Below, piece after piece: positions 9,598 to 19,119 of a stretch of 42,611 bases of DNA. The notes beneath the pieces are model-generated. The model saw only the letters and a list, made by a program, of their open reading frames with translations. It did not search any database and had not been told where the DNA came from. Origin of the DNA: Patescibacteria group bacterium (GTDB taxonomy: Bacteria > Patescibacteriota > Patescibacteriia > UM-FILTER-42-10); assembly GCA_018825385.1 (NCBI GenBank), contig JAHJEX010000056.1:1-42611 (forward strand). The letters are read 5' to 3'. Each line of letters starts with the position of its first letter. The stretch's first letter is position 1. The translations under genes and the position numbers were made by a program.

Positions 9598-10344
9598 ATG
9601 GTCAACAAAACAAAAGAGGGATCAGTATCACTGAGCAGGGATCTATCCATGATATTGCTGGCGATTGTCAGCATAGCTCTGTTGATTTTTGAAGCGAGCT
9701 CGGACCTTACTGAAGAACAAAACAAAGTATTTTTAATAGCTGATTTCATAATTGCTATTATTTTTTTAGCGGAGTATCTATACGGTATTATTCGTGCCGA
9801 GAGAAAGTGGCATTATGCCATTACTCATTGGTATGATCTTATCTCTTCTATTCCTATTACCAGTGAATCAACAAGAGTTTTGAGAGGTATTAGAGTTGCC
9901 AGAATATTTAGGGCAGCGCGCTTATTCCGACTGGTCCGGCTTAAAAAGATACTAAAAGATTCCAATAAGTTTGCAACAGAAAGCAAAATTATCTACATTG
10001 GTGTTATTTCTTTTACTATCATTATTTTCTGTTCACTAACATTTCACTATTATGAATTCGAAGTCAATTCTAATGTAGGGTCATATTTTGATAGTTTCTG
10101 GTGGGCAATGACTACAATCACAACGGTTGGGTATGGTGATATCGTTCCAATGACAATCATGGGCAGAATAATGGCAATTATCCTAATGCTGGTGGGCATC
10201 GGTACGCTTGGTACTTTGACCTATTCGATTGCAGGATATGTCTTGCGTGAACAGGAAAAAGGGGGCCACATGCTATCCAGGAAAAATATACCAATAGAAG
10301 GGAAAAGAACTAAGCAAAAAGCGGTTCGCAAAAGAAAAGAATAA
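9598..10344 (+). CDS. voltage-gated-type potassium channel
   Basis: FWWAMTTITTVGYGD selectivity filter; Arg-rich S4 segment; six TM helices. Confidence 0.93.
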   Translation: MVNKTKEGSVSLSRDLSMILLAIVSIALLIFEASSDLTEEQNKVFLIADFIIAIIFLAEYLYGIIRAERKWHYAITHWYDLISSIPITSESTRVLRGIRVARIFRAARLFRLVRLKKILKDSNKFATESKIIYIGVISFTIIIFCSLTFHYYEFEVNSNVGSYFDSFWWAMTTITTVGYGDIVPMTIMGRIMAIILMLVGIGTLGTLTYSIAGYVLREQEKGGHMLSRKNIPIEGKRTKQKAVRKRKE

Positions 10345-10398
10345 CAAAAAAAGGCCTCTCCGTTTGAAGGAAATGGCCTGGCGGATAAGATGCTCCCA

Positions 10399-10755
10399 TT
10401 AATAATATCGATAAGGGCGCATTTTATTTCCGCATTGACTACAGATGACCACCTGTACCGACGGCCGGTTTCCAACCTGAATGGTTCGGGTGGGGTTGGG
10501 GTAGTAGCGGCACTTGGAACATGCCCCGTCGCGGTATTGTGTTCGGCTGAGGAGATTGTACTCCCGCAAGGTCAGATCGGGCTGCCCTTTGAGAGATTTT
10601 TGCCTCTTTGCCCTACCTTCGGGAAGAACATACTGGCCAGATTGACCGCATTCCGCGAGGCGGCGCAGCTCTTTCCTCTTTTCCTCGGCGGTCAGGCCGA
10701 GGCGATTCAGAGCAATGCACATGCGGCGTCTGTATTTTCTGCGCCCTTTAGACAT
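10399..10755 (-). CDS. basic hypothetical protein with zinc ribbon
   Basis: CSKC...CSQC; TTGACT-17-TATTGT promoter at 10802-10830; terminator ~10345-10379. Confidence 0.6.
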   Translation of the reverse strand: MSKGRRKYRRRMCIALNRLGLTAEEKRKELRRLAECGQSGQYVLPEGRAKRQKSLKGQPDLTLREYNLLSRTQYRDGACSKCRYYPNPTRTIQVGNRPSVQVVICSQCGNKMRPYRYY

Positions 10756-10875
10756 AATACCCCACTTTCTCTAGGGTGGAAGAACGATTGGATAGTCTGT
10801 AACAATAGAATTATTCTGGAATGTAGTCAAGAGCCAGAATTGGCAATTTACGCAGAATTGCTATAATACATATTA

Positions 10876-11439
10876 ATGAACAAAAAAACTACCATTGCTG
10901 TAATAGTGATTCTTGCCATCGCTGGTGCATGGCTTGTTTTACGCTTTATTATCGGCTGTGATGAGGATACCTGGATTTGTGACAATGGGGTGTGGGTAGA
11001 ACATGGTGTCCCCAGTGCTCCTAAACCAACAGACCTGTGTCCAGGAGGGGAGGTAGAGCAGATTCTCAATAGTCCCAGTGTTCAGTTGGAAGAATTGACT
11101 CCGTTATCGCGCATTACTATTTCCATTACTGAGAGTGGTGAAATTAACTATGAAGGCCTAAACACGCTTGATCAGGAAGTAGAAACAAGTTCAACTACTG
11201 TTACCCAGGAAGAATATGCGGGACTTGTGAATTTAATCAGTAGTTCCGGTTTTTATGAATTAGAAGGGGAATACAAAGATGAAAGCCTTGTAGATGGAAA
11301 TACATATACAATTGTTGTTACGACTGAGGACGAAATTGAAATAGTCAGCTGCTATGGTGAATGTCCTGAAGGGTTTACAGCAATACGGGAAAAAATTGAA
11401 GAATTATATATTGGTGGAATTATAGATACTGGTGTTTAA
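10876..11439 (+). CDS. membrane-anchored exported protein
   Basis: N-terminal TM; EDTWICDNGVWVEHGVPSAPKP motif; acidic C-terminal domain; TGCTATAAT extended -10 upstream. Confidence 0.8.
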   Translation: MNKKTTIAVIVILAIAGAWLVLRFIIGCDEDTWICDNGVWVEHGVPSAPKPTDLCPGGEVEQILNSPSVQLEELTPLSRITISITESGEINYEGLNTLDQEVETSSTTVTQEEYAGLVNLISSSGFYELEGEYKDESLVDGNTYTIVVTTEDEIEIVSCYGECPEGFTAIREKIEELYIGGIIDTGV

Positions 11440-11460
11440 TAATTATTTATTAAAGAAAAT

Positions 11461-11982
11461 ATGTTAACAGATAAAATGCGAGAAGCATTAAACAAACAGG
11501 TGAATGCCGAACTTTTTTCAGCCTACTTGTATATGGCTATGTCAGCAGACTTTACAGATAAAAATTTGGCCGGATTCGCAAATTGGATGAAAGTACAAGC
11601 TCAGGAAGAAGTTACCCACGCTATGAAATTCTATAATTATATTCTGGATAGAGGGGGAAGAGCAGATTTGATGGCAATTGATCAGCCACAAGCTAAGTGG
11701 GATACCCCGCTGGCCGCTTTTGAGGAAGCTTTTAAGCATGAACAAAAAGTGACCGCAATGATTAACAATCTAGTAGAGCTTGCCAGAGTAGAAAAAGACC
11801 CTGCCACCGAGAGCATGCTTAAATGGTTTATAGATGAACAAGTGGAAGAAGAAGCAAATGCGGATGAAAATGTTCAAAAACTGAAAATGATTGGTAATGA
11901 TACCAGTGCTACCTTTTTTATGGACCAGGAAATGAAGCAAAGAACATTTGTAGACGAAACACAAGAAAACAGTAAGGAATAA
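11461..11982 (+). CDS. ftnA: non-heme ferritin
   Basis: LNKQVNAELFSAYLY, QAQEEVTHA, HEQKVT and WFIDEQVEEE ferroxidase motifs. Confidence 0.95.
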   Translation: MLTDKMREALNKQVNAELFSAYLYMAMSADFTDKNLAGFANWMKVQAQEEVTHAMKFYNYILDRGGRADLMAIDQPQAKWDTPLAAFEEAFKHEQKVTAMINNLVELARVEKDPATESMLKWFIDEQVEEEANADENVQKLKMIGNDTSATFFMDQEMKQRTFVDETQENSKE

Positions 11983-11997
11983 ATAACTAATAAAACA

Positions 11998-12369
11998 ATG
12001 AAAAAAATTGTAATTTTCGAAGATGACCTGCTAATTTCCGAAATGTACAAAAGCAAATTTGAAAAGGAAGGGTTTGAAATTGTGATATTTGATCATCCGC
12101 CAAAGGATGTAGTAGATGTAGTAGCAAAAGAAAAACCGGATTTAATTGCTATGGATATTGTAATGCCCCAGATGAGCGGGTACGATGCTATTAAACTTTT
12201 GAAAAGAGATGAAAAAACGAAAGATATTCCAATAGTTGTACTCACTAATCTAAAAGAAGGTGGCCATAGTATGTTAAGTGAGGATCTGGGAGCGGCTGCC
12301 TTTATTGCTAAAGCTGATAATACGCCGGCAGAAGTAGTGAAGAAAGTAAAGGAGTTAGTGAATAAATAA
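11998..12369 (+). CDS. single-domain response regulator (CheY-like receiver)
   Basis: IFEDD, MDIVMPQMSG, VVLTN and conserved K. Confidence 0.92.
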   Translation: MKKIVIFEDDLLISEMYKSKFEKEGFEIVIFDHPPKDVVDVVAKEKPDLIAMDIVMPQMSGYDAIKLLKRDEKTKDIPIVVLTNLKEGGHSMLSEDLGAAAFIAKADNTPAEVVKKVKELVNK

Positions 12370-12459
12370 ATAGTGCTTAAAATAAAAAACTGCCTGTTAG
12401 TAGGCAGTTTTTGAGTATAAAAAATACCCCCACTAGGGTGCTCTTTTGGTAGAGTGCTT

Positions 12460-13194
12460 TTATTCTTGCTGAGAATGAAGTTCTTCTTCACGCTCTTTAT
12501 AAGAATCTATGATTGTAGCTATTTCATCTTTGCGGGTGAATTCTTGAGCAAGATACCAATCAGTAAATTCTTGTCGAAGGGTGTATTGTTCTTTGCTACT
12601 CCTGCCAGATTTATATTTAAATCGTTCAAAATTTTCTGATTGAGTAGCAAGTGACGCTATAATTTCAAGTTCTTGTAAATCAATAGAAGCTTGTTGTTTA
12701 TATGGAAGAGAACCACCTCTATGATATTTTAGTGTTTCATTATTGTAAATTAGTGTGGGACGCCCTGCCGGGAAAATACTACTGATAATTTCTTCCCATA
12801 CTGCCTTAGCTTGATCTACAGCAATTTCTAGACGAGATAATTGCTCAGGATCTAGACCACTTTTTTCGTAATGTTTTTTCAATTTTTCTATCTCAGTATC
12901 ATTAACTATTTTTGGACCAATTTCGAAAAGAGTTGGTAAACCCATATTCGATTGAGTCTTTCTAAGTTGTCCATTTACTCTTTCAAGTCTTTGAATTCCG
13001 CCTGCAGTAAGAGAGCCGGCATATGGCTCTGTGAGCATTAATTTTTTATATCGTTCAGAATCATCTTCTAATAAGGCAGTTTTTATTGCATCAAGTTTTT
13101 CGATCAGGTTTTCAAATATTTCTATAGCTTCATTAGCTTCTCCTTGCCCCATTTGACTAGTAGAAGTAGCGTTGGGCTCTTTAAATTCAGGCAT
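12460..13194 (-). CDS. hypothetical protein (244 aa)
   Basis: Long ORF with E/K-rich helical composition; no recognisable motif. Confidence 0.7.
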   Translation of the reverse strand: MPEFKEPNATSTSQMGQGEANEAIEIFENLIEKLDAIKTALLEDDSERYKKLMLTEPYAGSLTAGGIQRLERVNGQLRKTQSNMGLPTLFEIGPKIVNDTEIEKLKKHYEKSGLDPEQLSRLEIAVDQAKAVWEEIISSIFPAGRPTLIYNNETLKYHRGGSLPYKQQASIDLQELEIIASLATQSENFERFKYKSGRSSKEQYTLRQEFTDWYLAQEFTRKDEIATIIDSYKEREEELHSQQE

Positions 13195-13293
13195 ATTTTT
13201 GAATTAGTAATTTATGTAATAATGGTAGCTAATATTAGTCTACTTGTAAATCAGGAATAAAAAACTCCTCAAAACTATCTCTGAAATAAGTTC

Positions 13294-13382
13294 CCCATTC
13301 GACTCACTTCGTTCGCTCAGGGCAGATGATAGTAGATAGTGCCCAGCTCCATCCTTCGCTAAAGCTTCGGACGGCAGGCCAG
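13294..13382. repeat. REP-like palindromic units
   Basis: CCATTCGACTCACTTCGTTCGCTCAGGG matches the 2309-2526 family; CCTTCGCTAAAGCTTCGGACGGCAGG follows. Confidence 0.7.
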
Positions 13383-13560
13383 ATCTACGGTTTTATAGCC
13401 TATAAATAAAATTCGCCTTACTTAATTGGTGTTTTTTGTTTAACTAAAGAATTTAACAGAGTTATAATTATTGAAGATAAATAAAGTATCAAAAACCGCG
13501 TGGATCTCCCGAGCGGTTTTTGAGTATAAAAAAACCTTCCAAGCGAGTTGAAAGGTTGGG

Positions 13561-14613
13561 CTAGAAAATACCCTTTTCTCGAAGCCATTCCAGTATCACC
13601 GGTTCGATCTGCCTACGCAGAGACTTGTTGGCATAGCCACACCAGTGTACGGGAGTATGAACATCCATTGGTGGACAAAGCTCATTGCCTAGCCCATCAG
13701 TAATGATTACACCAGCTTTCTGAGCGATTGTGATCCCTGCAACATCATATGGGTGACATTCTAGACCGCGCACTTTCTGGTTGGTCTCTTTTTCTAGAAT
13801 CTGGTAGAACAGTGGACGAAGATCACAGCAGAAACGATCATGTCCCAATATCAACTCAACCATCTGACCGGCGGTCGAGATGTACTGATCCTCAAAGACT
13901 AGTGCAGATCCTTCTTCTTGATCGCCCAGAGTTTTGGAAACAATCCGTTCCATTAACTCAGAAGCTAGTACCTTAGTGCCAGGAAAGAAGTTAGCAACCT
14001 GGGCAAAACCGTACTGCAAACTGGTGGCTGTACTAGGAACAGCCTTGATTTTAGAAACAGTTTCACTATTTATGTCTTTCTGGAGTGTCCGAATGCCTCT
14101 AGCGTTGCTTTGAGTAATAAAGATGGATCTTGCAGTTTGGCGACTGGGTGGAATTTCAAGCATCATAGAGACAACAGCATCTGCAACACTGGTTTCGGGT
14201 CCCAGATTTGGAGCAACGGCAGCAATAAACCATGCAGACCGCTTGTCATACATGATATTGCGAGTGCCATCGATTGGATCAATAATCAATCGCCACTTAG
14301 GTTTCGATTCTTTCGGACCAAAACACATGATACCATTCTCGCCTAATCCTTCGCATATCAGGATTAGCGGAAACAGTTTGTCAAGATCACCTGATCTTAA
14401 CCAGCTATTGATCTGAACCAGAATTAGAGGTTCCACTTCCCGGTCGATAGCAAAAATGGTGTCGCCTCCGGCGAAACCAATGGCTTTGCGAAGTGACTCT
14501 TGATCGCGCTGTTGCGACCTTTGTATGTTCCTGACAACTGTGTTTCCAAGATCTGACAGTCGCCAGATCCAGCTGCCGATGTCAGTGGCACTTATGTTGG
14601 GCTGGCGAGTCAT
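13561..14613 (-). CDS. inositol monophosphatase/FBPase (FIG) superfamily phosphatase
   Basis: CEGL, IIDPIDGT and HPYDVAG metal-binding motifs; SD GAGGAGG. Confidence 0.85.
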   Translation of the reverse strand: MTRQPNISATDIGSWIWRLSDLGNTVVRNIQRSQQRDQESLRKAIGFAGGDTIFAIDREVEPLILVQINSWLRSGDLDKLFPLILICEGLGENGIMCFGPKESKPKWRLIIDPIDGTRNIMYDKRSAWFIAAVAPNLGPETSVADAVVSMMLEIPPSRQTARSIFITQSNARGIRTLQKDINSETVSKIKAVPSTATSLQYGFAQVANFFPGTKVLASELMERIVSKTLGDQEEGSALVFEDQYISTAGQMVELILGHDRFCCDLRPLFYQILEKETNQKVRGLECHPYDVAGITIAQKAGVIITDGLGNELCPPMDVHTPVHWCGYANKSLRRQIEPVILEWLREKGIF

Positions 14614-14804
14614 GGCGACCTCCTCAGAGGTAGGATTTTTAAGGGCGACTATTCAATCCACAAATCGGATTGATTTTTTAGACTACTATAAATGGATATC
14701 GGTGTCAAGTTGCCATAACCAGAAAGCACTAAAAAAATACCCCCACCAGTTGAACCGATGGGGGCGAGCGCATGAGCTCCCAAATAGGGAGCCGCGACTC
14801 GTCA

Positions 14805-15236
14805 TTAGCACCGCAGGGGGTGCCAGGTGCAGGTGCCGGTGGCGCCGGCGAGGGTGGCCGTCGTCGTATAGTTGGCCGTCACATCGAAACTGCTCATGCT
14901 CAATTCCACGTATGAGTTCACCATCAGCGCCGAAGCGCTGGCGGGAAGAACCCCGACGTAGTTACGAGATCCCTTCGCCCGCAGGTAGAAATGGGTATCG
15001 GAGGTGTTGATGACGAAGCCGGCCGTCGCGGAGATCGCGCCGTCGTTCACATATGCGGCGGAAGAGCTCGTGAGGCCGAGGCCCTCGGCGCCGGCGTTGG
15101 CGTCCAGGGTGGTGATCGTCGGGATCGTTGCGGAGATCGATTGTATTGAAGAGAACTCGTTGGCGCTCGCTGTGAGCGGCGGGATCAGCATGATCCCGAG
15201 CACGACGAGCGCGAGCAGGACATTGAGTCGTCTCAA
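14805..15236 (-). CDS. secreted hypothetical protein, markedly GC-rich
   Basis: AAGGAGG SD with TTG start; signal peptide ending ASA; TTGACA-17-TAAGAT promoter at 15311-15339; terminator ~14731-14766. Confidence 0.75.
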   Translation of the reverse strand: MRRLNVLLALVVLGIMLIPPLTASANEFSSIQSISATIPTITTLDANAGAEGLGLTSSSAAYVNDGAISATAGFVINTSDTHFYLRAKGSRNYVGVLPASASALMVNSYVELSMSSFDVTANYTTTATLAGATGTCTWHPLRC

Positions 15237-15437
15237 GACGACACCTCCTTGTTCAGGGAATGCCCGTTGTTGGGCAACCTGACAAAATATGAAAATATGT
15301 CAGGTTGATCATCTTATACTATTTACTGTATTTTGTCAACCCCATTAGGGAATTTTCTCTAACAGGGCCAAGATGTGGGTTTGATTTTACTTCAAAATAA
15401 GTGCTAAACTGCATATATAATCATTAGTATAAACAAT

Positions 15438-15635
15438 ATGAATGAATTTGAAGTACCAAAAGATAGAAGACCAGAAGCGGCTCGACTATTCAATGAGATG
15501 GATGTTGAAGAAACGCTAAATGTACTTGATAAATTGGATAAGGCCGGTCAGGGCGATAACACGGTAACTGAACTTATTGACCAACTTACTGCTCTTCGTG
15601 GAAGGAATCTAGAAAAAAGAGACGAAGCTGCGTAA
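15438..15635 (+). CDS. hypothetical protein (65 aa)
   Basis: First ORF of a tightly packed plus-strand run. Confidence 0.6.
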   Translation: MNEFEVPKDRRPEAARLFNEMDVEETLNVLDKLDKAGQGDNTVTELIDQLTALRGRNLEKRDEAA

Positions 15636-15639
15636 AAAT

Positions 15640-16383
15640 ATGCACCGTTTAGAAAAAACAGTTCACAGATTATTTATCGCAATTTTAGTAGTCTTTGCTG
15701 TTCTTTTTTTTCTGCGCAATAGCTTACCCAGTCAAAATGAACTTGTTGATGAAGTAGCTCAGATACCAATTCAAAAAGAGATTAATAAAGACACAATTAC
15801 TATTCCTTTAGATGGGTCAATAGGGGAGGTGGATCCATTGTATTCATATGAACTGTATGGACTGGTGGTTGCAAGTTATGATAGCGATGTCTGGTATGAT
15901 CAGTTTCACAAAGATGATCCGCTTAATACCAAAGACTTATGCGTAGTCTGGGGTGGGAATGCAACAGAGGGGAAGTACTTAAAGGGCAAGTATTCTCATG
16001 GCGAATTCACTTGTTTCTGGAATTTCAAATCATATGAAGATTATAGAAACTTTAACGAATCAGAAATAGCTAACAATCATCTGATTCCTGCTGATGAATC
16101 ATTGGCCGATAAAATAAAAGAGGCTCAAATAGGAGATCAGATACATTTTAAGGGATACATCAGTAGCTATAGTATTATCTCCGAGGAAGACAGCTCAATA
16201 ATCTTCAGTAGAGGAACCAGCACAATCAGGGAAGACACTGGTGATAATTCATGTGAAACAGTATATGTAACAGATTTTGAGATAGTAAAAAAGAATCCGA
16301 ATATTTTTGCGCTTCTGTATCAATATGCGATATACGCCCTGATTTTTCTGACGGCTATCTCACTACTAATGTGGGCTTTCTGA
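15640..16383 (+). CDS. membrane protein with N- and C-terminal TM helices
   Basis: Two terminal hydrophobic segments; DLCVVWG, ANNHLIP and SCETVYV conserved-looking motifs. Confidence 0.8.
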   Translation: MHRLEKTVHRLFIAILVVFAVLFFLRNSLPSQNELVDEVAQIPIQKEINKDTITIPLDGSIGEVDPLYSYELYGLVVASYDSDVWYDQFHKDDPLNTKDLCVVWGGNATEGKYLKGKYSHGEFTCFWNFKSYEDYRNFNESEIANNHLIPADESLADKIKEAQIGDQIHFKGYISSYSIISEEDSSIIFSRGTSTIREDTGDNSCETVYVTDFEIVKKNPNIFALLYQYAIYALIFLTAISLLMWAF

Positions 16384-16390
16384 ATTGAGT

Positions 16391-16789
16391 ATGAATAAGG
16401 AAATTTTTGAAAAGATGGTTACAGACGCGATTATAGAAGTTCCGAAACGTCTGCGCAAACGGATAGAGAACCTGGCTTTTGTGGTTGAGGAGGATTCCAG
16501 GCCAGCTACGATAAAAGAACATGGAATCAATTATCGGGGAATGTTGCTCGGTTTATATCAGGGTATACCGTTATCAAAAAGGGGAGTGAATTATGGATCG
16601 GTGCTGCCGGATAAAATCACAATTTTCCAGAAGCAAATAGAACAGCTGGCCGGAACAGACCCGGAGAATATTCGAAAGCTGGTGCGGGAAGTTGTACATC
16701 ATGAAATTGGCCACTATTTTGGTATGGACGAAACAACGGTTCGTAAATGGGAACAGAAAAGAAGAAAAAATAACAAAATTAAGCAATGA
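16391..16789 (+). CDS. zincin-like metallopeptidase (Zincin_1-type)
   Basis: LLGLYQGIPL, PDKITIF and VVHHEIGHYFG motifs. Confidence 0.9.
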   Translation: MNKEIFEKMVTDAIIEVPKRLRKRIENLAFVVEEDSRPATIKEHGINYRGMLLGLYQGIPLSKRGVNYGSVLPDKITIFQKQIEQLAGTDPENIRKLVREVVHHEIGHYFGMDETTVRKWEQKRRKNNKIKQ

Positions 16790-17196
16790 TTCTATTTATT
16801 AACACCTCACAAGCAGAGGAGGCAACTTTGTTACTAGATGATGGTAAAAGAATTTTTAATCATTCTTTTGCAACAGGATTCAACAGGACTGATACCTTGC
16901 TGAAACATATAAGTGTATTTCTGACAAAAAGAAAAGTTGAAACCAAAGAACTGGAAGGGATAGCGGTGGTAACAGGGCCGGGCCCTTTCACCTCCTTGAG
17001 AATTGGTGTAGTAGTTGCCAATACGCTCGGATATGCTCTGAACATAAAAGTAGTAGGTATAAAAGCAACTGATTTTAAGTCTGATGATATGCTGGTAAAA
17101 AAAGGGAAAGCTCTATTGGCAAAGGCCAAAAACTTTCAAATTGTTGAACCATTTTATGGTAGAGCACCAAATATCACAAAGCCGAAAAAAAGGTAG
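16786..17196 (+). CDS. tsaB: tRNA threonylcarbamoyladenosine biosynthesis protein TsaB (short form)
   Basis: ILFINTS and IAVVTGPGPFTSLRIG motifs; C-terminal VEPFY. Confidence 0.88.
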   Translation: MILFINTSQAEEATLLLDDGKRIFNHSFATGFNRTDTLLKHISVFLTKRKVETKELEGIAVVTGPGPFTSLRIGVVVANTLGYALNIKVVGIKATDFKSDDMLVKKGKALLAKAKNFQIVEPFYGRAPNITKPKKR

Positions 17197-17347
17197 TATT
17201 TTAAAAATTCAATTTTGTCTAGCAATTAGCCAAAACTCATTGAATCTATCTGGATAAGTTTTCTTATCAAGTAGGTGGAGAGCTTACTTTCCTGTTTTTT
17301 ACTTTTTACTCGAATTTTTATTCTACTCTTACGAAGAAGCGCAGGGG

Positions 17348-17376
17348 TTGACAAAACACGTCTGTAGGTATATAAT
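17348..17376 (+). promoter_or_regulatory. consensus sigma70 promoter
   Basis: TTGACA-17 bp-TATAAT, exact match. Confidence 0.9.
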
Positions 17377-17536
17377 GCCTCGTTGACAATAAAATAGAGG
17401 AGAGAAATTAAGGGTTTTAATGGTCTTGCATTTGTATGTGTATCCTCAAACAATCATGTATAAATGCAAGACTATTTTCTATGTCGACCACCGGATTGGG
17501 GATTTCACCTGATCCATTCATCCTCCATGGAGGAAC

Positions 17537-17632
17537 ATGATGAGGACTCTTCTGCACATCATTTTGATGTTCATCAGCGACTTCTCCTTCCTGTCCGATC
17601 GGGACCAGGAAGAGATGGGCGTGGACGTCTAG
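17537..17632 (+). CDS. small 31-aa peptide MMRTLLHIILMFISDFSFLSDRDQEEMGVDV (absent from the ORF track)
   Basis: GGAGG SD at 17529-17533; only SD-led ORF between the consensus promoter and the terminator. Confidence 0.6.
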   Translation: MMRTLLHIILMFISDFSFLSDRDQEEMGVDV

Positions 17633-17665
17633 CAGGTTAACCTGCGACTGACTTCGGTCGGTTTT

Positions 17666-17697
17666 AGGGGCAGCTACTTCGGTATTTCTGCCCCTTT
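17666..17697 (+). terminator. intrinsic terminator with C(UUCG)G tetraloop
   Basis: AGGGGCAG...TAC-TTCG-GTA...CTGCCCCT-TT. Confidence 0.75.
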
Positions 17698-17830
17698 AAA
17701 TTTGTCTGAATATATTGATCTTGTTAGAATCAGAAATTCAACAGAATTGACAACAAACTAATTTTTTCGTAAGGTAAATTACCGTATCCACTGATGGATC
17801 ATTGAAAATGAGCCTTAGGAAGGAGGCAAA

Positions 17831-18016
17831 GTGACTCGCAGAAAAAGGAAGAAGATCGGAAGAAGAACTGCTGATAATCAGGAGAATGGTCCGATGAGTG
17901 ATAGTACCATGCTTGCTTGTCTTGTGTGGATTGCAATAATCCTAGCTGTTATTTTCAGCGGAAGGACAGATGAGCAAAGAGACGGTGCTGGCAGTCAGAT
18001 CGAGCAGCAAGAGTAG
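17831..18016 (+). CDS. small single-TM hypothetical protein
   Basis: AAGGAGG SD with GTG start; basic N-terminus followed by a hydrophobic helix. Confidence 0.6.
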   Translation: MTRRKRKKIGRRTADNQENGPMSDSTMLACLVWIAIILAVIFSGRTDEQRDGAGSQIEQQE

Positions 18017-18053
18017 CGTGCGGAAAGTCCGTACATTCAGGAAGGACCTCAAA

Positions 18054-18950
18054 ATGTCACGATTAATCACCTGTGCCTTTATCGGTGGAACCGGTATGGG
18101 TACACTGTTCGGAGATCTGGGATTCAAAACTGGAGGACACCGGAGCATTAAGACGCCCTACGGCGATGAAGTGATGTACACCATCGTCCGGCGCGGTGAC
18201 CTTGCCTTCGTGGCGATTGACCGGCACTACTCAACCGGCAATTTTCGTCAGGCGGATCAGCTGGACCATCGAGCATACATGTATGCTCTTTGGAAGGTGA
18301 ACCAGTTTTTTCCCAGTGTGTTCAACATCCAGTACATCTTCAGCACATCCGCGGTCGGCGGTTTACACAATACCCGTCACGTCCAGGACGGTTTGGAATT
18401 GGGGGATATTGTGGTCCCCCATGACGTGAAGGACTTCACTCGGGGAGTGTGGAGTTACTCTGTCAAGGATCGCTATGTGCATCCCACGGCGTTCCACCGG
18501 TCAGCCAACGGCTTGTTCTGTCGGCATCTCCAGCAACTGCTTCAGGAGAACGAACAGGTGAAATTCGGTGGCGTGCTGGCTTGCGCGATTACGGGTCCGC
18601 TGTACGAGACTCCGGTCGAGATCGTTGAATTTACCCGTCATGGCATCTTCAATCTGCTCGGTATGCAGACGGTAACACCAGAGGCGTACTACGCTCGTCA
18701 GAACAGCATGCATCTGGCAGTGGCTTGTGTGGTCACGGACACGCCGGACGTGGAACATGATGTGGACGGCGAAGAAGTTGCCCGGATCATGAACTTACGG
18801 AAGCCTCTTCTGGCTGATCTGTTCGTGACTGCCATGCTGGATGTACAGGACATGGCTGGATTCAAGTGCTCGTGCACCAAAAAGCTGCCTGTGTTCCACG
18901 AAGACCTGGCTGGTGATCCGGCGGATGTAATGGGTATGCCTGTAGACTAG
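18054..18950 (+). CDS. MTAP/purine nucleoside phosphorylase family protein (divergent)
   Basis: FIGGTG, TPYG, DRH, STSAVGGL, GDIVVP, GPLYETPVE, GMQTVTPEA and VVTD motifs; start set at ATG 18054 after GGAAGG. Confidence 0.85.
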   Translation: MSRLITCAFIGGTGMGTLFGDLGFKTGGHRSIKTPYGDEVMYTIVRRGDLAFVAIDRHYSTGNFRQADQLDHRAYMYALWKVNQFFPSVFNIQYIFSTSAVGGLHNTRHVQDGLELGDIVVPHDVKDFTRGVWSYSVKDRYVHPTAFHRSANGLFCRHLQQLLQENEQVKFGGVLACAITGPLYETPVEIVEFTRHGIFNLLGMQTVTPEAYYARQNSMHLAVACVVTDTPDVEHDVDGEEVARIMNLRKPLLADLFVTAMLDVQDMAGFKCSCTKKLPVFHEDLAGDPADVMGMPVD

Positions 18951-19119
18951 TCACGACCGATATTTTGATCTTTATTTCTAACATATTCGATGGACCAAAC
19001 TTATTCGCACCAAGGATGGTCCTTTTTTCTTTGATGCTTATTTAGCAAATGATCACTTCGACCATAGTGGATCTGCCTCACGTCGATGAACAACCACAAG
19101 TCGAGGCGGGGAAGTCTAT

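Noticed and set aside
10390-10866. Plus-strand 158-aa ORF
   Set aside because: Antisense to 10399-10755, which has a promoter, terminator and CxxC pairs; no SD or motif
14525-15282. Plus-strand ORFs 14525-15010 and 15004-15282
   Set aside because: Antisense shadows of GC-rich minus-strand genes with clear SD and signal features
17380-17700. tRNA, tmRNA, RNase P or SRP RNA
   Set aside because: No cloverleaf or T-loop/CCA end and none of the conserved RNase P or SRP motifs recognised by eye; an Rfam scan is still advisable
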